Positions 27,099 through 34,720 of a stretch of DNA of 64,000 nucleotides are shown here, in pieces. Position 1 is the first letter of the stretch; every line of letters starts with the position of its first letter. The notes under the pieces were generated by a model, which made no database searches, was not told where the DNA came from, and worked only from the letters and a program-made list of their open reading frames with translations. The translations under genes were made by a program, and so were the position numbers. The stretch is from NCBI GenBank assembly GCA_017937065.1, contig JAGBEI010000018.1:21105-85104 (forward strand). The letters are read 5' to 3'. The DNA comes from Clostridia bacterium. GTDB taxonomy: Bacteria; Bacillota; Clostridia; Oscillospirales; QAKW01.

Positions 27099-29113
27099 AC
27101 GCAATGAAAATACACTCCGCGTTTGCGACCACTGAAAAGGGCAGAGAGCAAATCACGCCCGAGCTCATACAGACCGAAAAAGGCGGGCTTACCGCCGTGC
27201 GGCTGAAGTTTGAAAGCGAGCTGCCGCTTGACAAATTCAGCGGCATAGAGCTGCTGCTTGAGCCGTGCAGGGCAGACGGCTTTACCGCAATTTACCGCCA
27301 CAGTGAATTCTGGTGCAGACCGGCGTTCTGCCAAAGCGCGCAGCAAATTCCGCCAGACACGCAGTGCCTTTTGTGGCAGGGCGGCTGCCTGCTGCCCGTG
27401 TGCGGCGACAAATATCTGTGCATGGTATCGGGAACGCCGGACGGATATATAAAGCTGACGCTGAACACCTTCTGCTCAGGCATCAGGGAGTGCGACACGA
27501 CGGCATTCGTTTTGGGCGAGGGCGAAAACGTGCATGCTCTTATCGCCGACTGCGCCCGGCTTGCGCTTGAGGTGATGGATTCCGACACGCCGCTGCGGGA
27601 AAGCAGGCGCTATCCCGAAATTTTCGAATATCTGGGCTGGTGCAGCTGGGATGCGTTTCATATTGAGGTATCGGAGCAGAAGCTATTGCAAAAGTGCGAC
27701 GAGTTCAGCGAAAAAAACATCCCCGTCAGATGGGCGATAATAGACGACATGTGGGCGGACACGCCGGGAATTGAACAAGCGGCGGGCAAGGAGCGGGGCG
27801 AAATGATGCGCATTATGCACTCCTGCCGTCTGAGCTCGTTCAAAGCCGACAAAACGCGCTTTCCCGACGGATTGGACGGGTGTATAGAAAAGCTGCACGC
27901 GCGCGGGCTTTACGTCGGAATGTGGCACCCGACAACGGGATACTGGAGCGGGATTGCGGAAGACGGACAAATCGCACGCGACATGCCGCAGGCGCTTATA
28001 AAAACACACAGATACAGCGCAAAGCGCGCCGAATACAGCGAAAGCGAGCAGCTCGTTCACGCGCCCGACTACGAGAGTGCAAGGACGTTTTACGAGAGCT
28101 TTCACGCATATCTCAAGGACTGCGGCGCGGATTTTATAAAGGTGGACAACCAGAGCTTCACACATTCGTTCTATCACGATGTAATGCCCGTAGGGCAGGC
28201 GGCTGAAAATCTGCACCGCGCCGTTGACGGCTCGGCGGAAAAATTCTTTGACGGAGCGCTGATAAACTGCATGGGCACGTCGGCGGAAAACATGTGGCAC
28301 CGCCCGCAAAGCTGCGTGTCAAGGTGCAGCGACGACTTCCTGCCGGAAAACCGCGACTGGTTTACAAAGCACATTCTGCAATGCTCGTTCAACAGCATGG
28401 TACAGGGCGTGTTTCACGTCTGCGACTGGGACATGTGGTGGACGGACGACACGCAGGCGGTGAAAAACTCGGTTCTGCGCGCCGTCAGCGGCGGGCCGAT
28501 ATACGTCAGCGACACTTTGGGGCGCAGCAGGCGGGAGATACTCATGCCGCTTTGTCTTGAGGACGGCAGAATACTCAGGTGCGACAAGCCTGCCGTGCCG
28601 CTTTTAAAATGCGTATTTCAAAACCCCGAAAGCTGCAAGGCGCCGTTTATGCTTCAAAGCACGGCGAACGGCTGCGCGTATGTCGCGGCGTTTAACCTTG
28701 ACGGTGAAAATGCCGCCGTATGCTCGGATTTTTCGCCGCGGGACATTGACGGGCTCTGCGGCGACAGCTTTGTACTGTACGAATATTTCACAAACAGCGC
28801 AACGACCGTGAAAGCGGATGAGAAAATCACGGTCGCGCTTGCAGACCGCGACGAATTCAGACTGTACGCGCTGATACCCGAAAAGGAAATCACGTTTTTG
28901 GGGCTTTGCGGCAAGATGATTGCAGCAAAAACACTGTCGGATATCACCCCGGACAGCGCGGTGAGCGCGCAGGGCGGAGAGCTCATGTTTTTCAGTCAAA
29001 AGGAAGTGACGGCGGTTTACTCTGACGGCAAGCCCGCAGAATTTACAAAAGACGGGGCGCTGTACAAAGCAAGCGCCGGTCGCGGCAAAATAACGGTATG
29101 CACAGAGGAATAA
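27095..29113 (+). CDS. Sip1/raffinose-synthase family protein (GH36-clan alpha-glycosidase/transglycosidase-like)
   Basis: 672 aa. The motifs GWCSWDAF, IIDDMW, FIKVDNQ, CDWDMWW and SGGPIYVSD match the hallmark blocks of plant raffinose synthase and seed imbibition proteins. There is an ATGA overlap with the activase stop. Confidence 0.75.
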   Translation: MNAMKIHSAFATTEKGREQITPELIQTEKGGLTAVRLKFESELPLDKFSGIELLLEPCRADGFTAIYRHSEFWCRPAFCQSAQQIPPDTQCLLWQGGCLLPVCGDKYLCMVSGTPDGYIKLTLNTFCSGIRECDTTAFVLGEGENVHALIADCARLALEVMDSDTPLRESRRYPEIFEYLGWCSWDAFHIEVSEQKLLQKCDEFSEKNIPVRWAIIDDMWADTPGIEQAAGKERGEMMRIMHSCRLSSFKADKTRFPDGLDGCIEKLHARGLYVGMWHPTTGYWSGIAEDGQIARDMPQALIKTHRYSAKRAEYSESEQLVHAPDYESARTFYESFHAYLKDCGADFIKVDNQSFTHSFYHDVMPVGQAAENLHRAVDGSAEKFFDGALINCMGTSAENMWHRPQSCVSRCSDDFLPENRDWFTKHILQCSFNSMVQGVFHVCDWDMWWTDDTQAVKNSVLRAVSGGPIYVSDTLGRSRREILMPLCLEDGRILRCDKPAVPLLKCVFQNPESCKAPFMLQSTANGCAYVAAFNLDGENAAVCSDFSPRDIDGLCGDSFVLYEYFTNSATTVKADEKITVALADRDEFRLYALIPEKEITFLGLCGKMIAAKTLSDITPDSAVSAQGGELMFFSQKEVTAVYSDGKPAEFTKDGALYKASAGRGKITVCTEE

Positions 29114-29116
29114 GGC

Positions 29117-29716
29117 ATGAACGAAATCATAAAGCACTACGACCTGTTAATCGCAGAAGACAACGACCCGGTTCATGACCCAGCGCCGCTGCGCGCGTAC
29201 ATGAACAAGTGGGACGGCGCGGCTTTCATAAACGCACTGGGGCTGACGCATGACAAAAGCGTGCTGGAAATAGGAGTCGGCACGGGCAGGCTGGCGCTCA
29301 GATGCGCGCCGATGTGCAAGAACCTTACCGGCATTGACTTTTCACCCGAAACGGCACGCCGCGCAAGGCAAAACCTTGCGCACTGCAAAAATGTGAAAAT
29401 CATCTGCGCCGATTTTTACAAATATGAATTTCAAGACCGGTACGACATTATTTACAGCTCGCTGACCTTTCTGCATTTTCAGGACAAAAAGACCGCCGTA
29501 AATAAAATTGCCCGGCTGTTGAAGCCGGGCGGAAAAGCGGTTTTGTCCCTTGACAAATCGCAGAAAAAAGAATTGGACACGGGTACGCGCAAAATACCCC
29601 TCTATCCCGATAACCCTGATGAAATAACCGAGCTTTTGCGGGAGTCGGGGCTTGAAATCACACTTAAAACACAGACAGAATACGCATATATCTTAGCGGC
29701 AGACTGCCCCGTATAA
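29117..29716 (+). CDS. Class I SAM-dependent methyltransferase (small-molecule type)
   Basis: 199 aa. Motif I is VLEIGVGTGRLA, followed by GIDFSPE and LLKPGG. It starts 3 nt after the upstream stop, and GAGGAA serves as the RBS. Confidence 0.85.
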   Translation: MNEIIKHYDLLIAEDNDPVHDPAPLRAYMNKWDGAAFINALGLTHDKSVLEIGVGTGRLALRCAPMCKNLTGIDFSPETARRARQNLAHCKNVKIICADFYKYEFQDRYDIIYSSLTFLHFQDKKTAVNKIARLLKPGGKAVLSLDKSQKKELDTGTRKIPLYPDNPDEITELLRESGLEITLKTQTEYAYILAADCPV

Positions 29717-29742
29717 ACAATACGGGGCAGCCGTTTCATTTT
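29704..29742 (+). terminator. Putative terminator of the GRE operon
   Basis: The hairpin CTGCCCCGTA-loop(7)-TACGGGGCAG spans the stop codon and is followed by CCGTTTCATTTT. Confidence 0.55.
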
Positions 29743-29751
29743 CGGCAGGTT

Positions 29752-30747
29752 TCAGCTGCCGTCATAGCTATCTTTTATCTTTTGTATGTATTCGATAAAC
29801 TCGTCCTTTACATCGCGCGGCGCCTGTATTTTGATTTTGTCGCCCAGACCGCAAAGCCACGCGAAAAACTGCGGACTCACCTGCACGGAGGCGGTAAAGG
29901 TGAAGGTGTCCTCCCCCGGAACCGTCATAATATCCCTCCCGAAGCGGTCGATAACCGCGCCCGCAAGCCGATTGTCGCAGCACAGGGTCACATTCCGCTC
30001 TCTCCCGCCGAACATGCCGAATACCTTTTTGGTATACTGCGCCGCGTCAAAGTCTGAAAAGCCGCCGGGCAGCTTTCTTGACCGCCCTGTACAGCGGATA
30101 TCCTGCATTTTATCCACACGGTAATGCTTGATTTTGTTTTCGCTTGCGTCAAACGCTATGAGGTAGTAGTTTTCATCGTCCCAGCTGAGCGCAAGCGGAC
30201 TCACCGTATACAAAGCTCCGCCGCGGCGCAGCGCCTTTGTGCGGCGCGGCGTCCACTCAAAGTAGTGAAAGCTGATGGCGCGGTTTGCGACAATGCCTTC
30301 GTTCACGGCGTCTACGTTATAGTAAATTGTTTCGTTCATCGTTTTTATGCGCCCGCGGACAAACACCTGACCGTGCAGTCCGCGCGCCTCATTGACGCTT
30401 GCAAGCGACTCTAACTTTTTAATAAGCTCATCAGTCTTTTTTTCGGTGATGAATTTGGAGGACTGGACGGCGTCCACAAGCAGCTTGAGCTCAGGCAGCT
30501 CAAACTCGCGGGACATCAGTCTGTACTCGCTGTGTCCGCCCGCGCGCACCGTCTCGATATCGGCTCCGTAAACGTCGCGCAGCAGCGCGATATCCTCATA
30601 CACCGATTTGCGCTCGGCGGCTATATCAAGGGCGGCAAGCCTTTCTATTATCTGCCGCATGGATATGCCGTGGCTGAAATCGGTTTCGCGCTTTAAGATG
30701 TCATAGAGATAAAGTATTTTCAGCTTCTGATTGCGGGATTTGGACAT
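29752..30747 (-). CDS. WYL domain-containing transcriptional regulator (N-terminal wHTH)
   Basis: An N-terminal HTH segment (LKILYLYDILKRETDFSHGISMRQIIERL) and a WYL-domain core (YTVSPLALSWDDENYYLIAFDASENKIKHYRVDKM). The start is taken as ATG 30747, downstream of AAAGGTGGG. Confidence 0.85.
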   Translation of the reverse strand: MSKSRNQKLKILYLYDILKRETDFSHGISMRQIIERLAALDIAAERKSVYEDIALLRDVYGADIETVRAGGHSEYRLMSREFELPELKLLVDAVQSSKFITEKKTDELIKKLESLASVNEARGLHGQVFVRGRIKTMNETIYYNVDAVNEGIVANRAISFHYFEWTPRRTKALRRGGALYTVSPLALSWDDENYYLIAFDASENKIKHYRVDKMQDIRCTGRSRKLPGGFSDFDAAQYTKKVFGMFGGRERNVTLCCDNRLAGAVIDRFGRDIMTVPGEDTFTFTASVQVSPQFFAWLCGLGDKIKIQAPRDVKDEFIEYIQKIKDSYDGS

Positions 30748-30826
30748 ACAAGCCCACCTTTTTGTCATTTTAAACAAATTTTACAATTAAAATTGCCGCA
30801 AGTCAACATAAAATCATAAATAGATA

Positions 30827-30855
30827 TTGAATTTATATAATGCGTATGATATAAT
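30827..30855 (+). promoter_or_regulatory. Putative sigma-A promoter for the CNNM gene pair (TTGAAT-17 nt-TATAAT)
   Basis: -35 at 30827-30832 and -10 at 30850-30855. A GGAG RBS lies before the ATG at 30892. Confidence 0.5.
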
Positions 30856-30891
30856 AACGATTAATTTACCCGAATTGGAGATGATTTTTTA

Positions 30892-31920
30892 ATGGACGAC
30901 GGTCCTGTGCGATTATTTGCGTTTGTTATTTTGTTTTCACTGAGCGCGTATTTTTCCGGCTCGGAAATCTCGCTTGCATCGGTAAATAAAATCCGAATTG
31001 CAAATCATGCCGAAAACGGAGACAAGGCTGCCCGCCGCGTTTTATACCTGCTTGACAACTTTGACAAGGCGCTGTCCACGCTGCTTATAGGAAACAATAT
31101 CGTAAATACGGCGATTGCCACGCTATCAACGGTTGTTACATACGACATATTCAAAAATGCCGCGGCGGTTCCCGATTTTGCGGTGCCGCTGTGTACTCTT
31201 GTCACAACGGTTGCCGTATTCTTTTTAGGCGAGATGATACCGAAATGCTTTGCCAAGGCATGCAACGAGAAATTTGCCAAGGCAATTTCGCGTTCGCTTA
31301 TCTTTCTGATGAAGGCTTTAACGCCGGTGAGCTTTATTTTCTCTGCTCTCAGCCGTCTTGCAAGCAAGCCGTTTCGCCGCCGTGCAACTCAGACGCCGAC
31401 GGTTACCGAGGACGAGCTTTACGACATTATTGAGACCTACGTTGAGGAAAACGACATCGACAGCGACACGGGCGAGATGGTGCAAAACGCCATCGAATTT
31501 TCCCGTTCAAGCGCAAAGGACGTTATGACCGCGTGGGAAAACGTCGTCTGCATCAGTGCGGATACGCCTGCCGACGATGCGGCGCGGTTTATCCGCAGCT
31601 GCGGTCACTCGCGGCTGCCCGTCACGGACGAATTCGGAGACGTTGTGGGAACGCTCAGTATACGCAGGTTCCTCAAGCGGTATATAAAGCAGCAGGGCAA
31701 TACCTCGGTAAAAGAGGTTATGAGCCCGCCGGAATTTATTCCCGTTTCAACTCCCGTGGACGACCTGCTGGGCGCACTCTCGCAAAAGCGCACGCACCTT
31801 GCATACATTAAATCGGACAATAAGGTACTGGGCATTATCACCGTCGAGGACATTCTCGAAGAGCTTGTAGGCGAAATCTACGATGAAGAGGATGCGATTG
31901 GGGGTGACAGAGCTGTTTAA
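30892..31920 (+). CDS. CNNM/DUF21 transmembrane domain plus CBS-pair protein (hemolysin/CorC family), lacking the CorC_HlyC C-terminal domain
   Basis: 342 aa. The DUF21 N-terminus has SGSEISLAS and GEMIPK. A CBS pair follows (VMTAWENV...HSRLPV; VEDILEELVGEI). The protein ends right after the CBS pair. Confidence 0.85.
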   Translation: MDDGPVRLFAFVILFSLSAYFSGSEISLASVNKIRIANHAENGDKAARRVLYLLDNFDKALSTLLIGNNIVNTAIATLSTVVTYDIFKNAAAVPDFAVPLCTLVTTVAVFFLGEMIPKCFAKACNEKFAKAISRSLIFLMKALTPVSFIFSALSRLASKPFRRRATQTPTVTEDELYDIIETYVEENDIDSDTGEMVQNAIEFSRSSAKDVMTAWENVVCISADTPADDAARFIRSCGHSRLPVTDEFGDVVGTLSIRRFLKRYIKQQGNTSVKEVMSPPEFIPVSTPVDDLLGALSQKRTHLAYIKSDNKVLGIITVEDILEELVGEIYDEEDAIGGDRAV

Positions 31921-33178
31921 CTATATTGTTATTATCATATTGGTTATTCTGTCGGCATTCTTCTCCGCGTCCGAAATCTCGTTTGCCTCGGCAAACGAGA
32001 TAAGACTCAGGCAGAGAGCCGAAAAGAGCAATAAAACGCCGCACAAGCTGGCATATAAAATCTATACGCGCTATGAGAGCGTGCTCGCCTCTATTCTTAT
32101 CGGCAACAACCTTGTCAACATCGCGTCCTCGTCGGTAGCAACGGTTATTGTCATAGACCTGCTGGGCGAAAGCCGCGCATGGGTCGCAACAGCTGCAATG
32201 ACCGTTATCCTGCTTATCTTCGGCGAAATTATGCCCAAGGTGGTCGCAAAGTCAGTGCCTGATGAGGCGGCGGCTTTCTTTGCTGTTCCGCTTTACGTAT
32301 TTACCGTTATCACAAAGCCGTTTGTGTTTGTGACAGACGGGGTTTTAAGGCTTGTATCAAAGCTGTGGAAAAATCAGGTGGACGATACGCCGGCCGTTAC
32401 GGACGACGAGCTGGAAAGCATAATAGATACCGTCGAGGACGAGGGCGTTATCGACGGGGAAAAGTGCGAACTGATACAGAGCGTATTTGATTTCGAGGAC
32501 GTTCAGGCGTATGAAATAATCACGCCGCGCGTAGACATGCTCGCAATAGACGCAAACAGCACGCGCGAGGAAATGCTTGAAAAAATACTGAATTGCAGCT
32601 TTTCACGTATTCCGGTATACAGAGATACCGTTGATAATATAATCGGTATTCTGCATGTAAACCGTGTACTGAAGGAGCTGTCGGAAAATGCGGACTGCGA
32701 CCTTCTCGGCTCGCTGATGCCGGCTGTGTTTGTATACAAGACCATGCCGCTGGACGACGTGCTTGCCCAAATGCGGCGGCAAAACGTGCATATGACCGTT
32801 GTCACCGACGAATACGGCGGAGTGATGGGTATTCTCACAATGGAGGACGTTCTGGAGCAGCTTGTGGGCGATATCTGGGACGAGAGCGACATAATCGAGC
32901 CCGAAATTACAGAGCTTGCCGACGGCAGCTTTGAGGTGGACGGCGACATGCGCATTGAGGATTTGTTTGACGAGCTGAATTTCAGCGACAAGGAGTTTGA
33001 CGACGACAATGCGACAGTCGGCGGGTTTGTCGTGGAGCTTTTAGAGCACTACGCCCGCAAAAACGACGTCGCTTACTATAAAAACATCGCCTTTACGGTC
33101 ACAAAGACCAAAAAGCACAGGGTGTCTAAAATACATGTCGAGCTGCTGCCAGAGCAGCAGGAGGACGAAGACGACTGA
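31883..33178 (+). CDS. CNNM/DUF21-CBS-CorC_HlyC family protein (putative Mg2+/Co2+ efflux or hemolysin-like)
   Basis: 431 aa with SASEISFAS, GEIMPK, a CBS pair (MEDVLEQLVGDIWDE) and a C-terminal CorC_HlyC-like domain (DGDMRIEDLFDELN). The start is uncertain: ATG 31883, ATG 31892, or GTG at 31904. Confidence 0.85.
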   Translation: MKRMRLGVTELFNYIVIIILVILSAFFSASEISFASANEIRLRQRAEKSNKTPHKLAYKIYTRYESVLASILIGNNLVNIASSSVATVIVIDLLGESRAWVATAAMTVILLIFGEIMPKVVAKSVPDEAAAFFAVPLYVFTVITKPFVFVTDGVLRLVSKLWKNQVDDTPAVTDDELESIIDTVEDEGVIDGEKCELIQSVFDFEDVQAYEIITPRVDMLAIDANSTREEMLEKILNCSFSRIPVYRDTVDNIIGILHVNRVLKELSENADCDLLGSLMPAVFVYKTMPLDDVLAQMRRQNVHMTVVTDEYGGVMGILTMEDVLEQLVGDIWDESDIIEPEITELADGSFEVDGDMRIEDLFDELNFSDKEFDDDNATVGGFVVELLEHYARKNDVAYYKNIAFTVTKTKKHRVSKIHVELLPEQQEDEDD

Positions 33179-33184
33179 TAACTG

Positions 33185-33222
33185 AAAAAGAGCGCCGTAC
33201 AAAATGTACGGCGCTTTTATTG
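33185..33222. terminator. Bidirectional terminator between convergent genes
   Basis: The hairpin AGCGCCGTAC-AAAAT-GTACGGCGCT is flanked by an A-run upstream and a T-run downstream. Confidence 0.7.
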
Positions 33223-33230
33223 CTGCATAT

Positions 33231-34643
33231 TTACTTGTTTGAATCAAACCAGCTGCCTGAATAATATTTACCCGTTTCAAGCTCGGTCTCATACCTGTAT
33301 TTCATAAGCTCGCTCACTGTCACAAGCTGATACCCGTTTTCTATGAGCCACGGCACAAGCTCTTTAACAGCGTCCGCCGTCGATTCATAAAGCGAGTGCA
33401 TCAGAATAACGTCTCCGTCAAGGTCGCCCTCGTTTTTAACCGATGCAACGACCTTGTCCTTATCGCGGTATTTCCAGTCCTCTGTATCAACAGACCAGCC
33501 TATCAGATACTCGTCGCAGTTCTCGCGCAGCTTTGAGCCGACCGCGCCGTACGGAGGGCGCAGCATAGTCGGCTTACAGCCGAGCACCTCCTCGAATTTC
33601 GCGTCCGTCTTTTCTATCTCCTCTTTAATTCTCTCCACAGACGCTGTCTGAAGATTTTTGTGCGTGTAGGAATGACTGCCGATTTCACAGCCAAGCTCCG
33701 CCGCGCGCTTCATCGCCTCCGGTGCGTTGGGTATTACATTTCCGACCTCAAAGAAGGTCGCAACACTGTCATACGCCTCAAGCGTATCCAAAATTTCATT
33801 TGTATACTTTCTGTTAGGGCCGTCGTCAAAGGTCAGCGCGACAAGTTTTTTGGTGATGTCCACGGTACGCACGCTGTTGTCCTCGGGGACATTTTGCTTT
33901 ATGCTTTCGGGCAATGCGTAGCGAACCCTGACATAAGGCACATCGGCGCGCAGCTCGCCCGCGGATTCCGGCGCCACTGTGCCGCCGGCATATATAACGC
34001 TTATTCCGCTTTCGGTAAAGAGCAGCTGATAATCACGGCTTTCATTCAGCTTTTCCTTATCTATTGCAGTCCCGTACTGCTCGTTTGCCAAAAGTATTTC
34101 CTTTGCATTTATCATGGTAAGCCGCTGCAAAACGTCGTCAATCTGCAACAGACCGTTTTTATCGAAATTGAATGTCCTGACAGCACTGCTCTGTACGCCG
34201 CCCAGCATCTGTGAATACAAGATTTCCACTCCTGTTATATCGTCTGACGCCTTATACGATTTATAGCTCACAAGCAGCTTGTCCTGCTCTGTTTGGGCGC
34301 GCAGTCTGAATTCGTTTTTCAGAGTATCGTAATACTCGGAAATCGCGGTGTCGGCGTCCACCGCGCTCACCTTGGGCTTTGACACCGCAACAGAGCCCTT
34401 CTCGTTATATTCGTAAATCTTTTCCGACTTAAGTGCCGCCTGAGCCCCCTCGTAATCGGAAAACCATTGGTCGGCTTCGGCTTTAAACACACTCTCCGGC
34501 TTCGGAGCACAGGCTGAAAGCGACGACAAAACAATAACCGCCGCGCACAAGCCCGATAAAATTTTCAAAAACCTTGCATTAATGTCACTCATCTCCCAAA
34601 ATAATATTTTATTCATTATAACATGACAATTAATACAATACAA
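33231..34643 (-). CDS. Polysaccharide deacetylase family lipoprotein with a large N-terminal domain
   Basis: There is a lipobox-like LSSLSAC after the signal sequence. The C-terminal NodB domain has LTFDDGPN and HSYTH. The true start is probably internal (M10 or M18 of the track ORF). Confidence 0.85.
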   Translation of the reverse strand: MYCINCHVIMNKILFWEMSDINARFLKILSGLCAAVIVLSSLSACAPKPESVFKAEADQWFSDYEGAQAALKSEKIYEYNEKGSVAVSKPKVSAVDADTAISEYYDTLKNEFRLRAQTEQDKLLVSYKSYKASDDITGVEILYSQMLGGVQSSAVRTFNFDKNGLLQIDDVLQRLTMINAKEILLANEQYGTAIDKEKLNESRDYQLLFTESGISVIYAGGTVAPESAGELRADVPYVRVRYALPESIKQNVPEDNSVRTVDITKKLVALTFDDGPNRKYTNEILDTLEAYDSVATFFEVGNVIPNAPEAMKRAAELGCEIGSHSYTHKNLQTASVERIKEEIEKTDAKFEEVLGCKPTMLRPPYGAVGSKLRENCDEYLIGWSVDTEDWKYRDKDKVVASVKNEGDLDGDVILMHSLYESTADAVKELVPWLIENGYQLVTVSELMKYRYETELETGKYYSGSWFDSNK

Positions 34644-34671
34644 GAATTTGACATAAAATTAATGATTTGTA

Positions 34672-34706
34672 AGAAAAAAGCCCCCGAACCAACAGATTCG
34701 GAGGCT
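34672..34706 (-). terminator. Rho-independent terminator downstream of the htrA-like gene
   Basis: On the minus strand, GCCUCCGAA-loop-UUCGGGGGC is followed by UUUUUUC. Confidence 0.65.
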
Positions 34707-34720
34707 TTTAAATATGAGCT

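Noticed and set aside
29752-30747. WYL regulator as a flag for an adjacent anti-phage defence system
   Set aside because: None of the neighbouring genes (SAM methyltransferase, GRE operon, CNNM transporters) has nuclease, helicase, ATPase or other defence-type domains.
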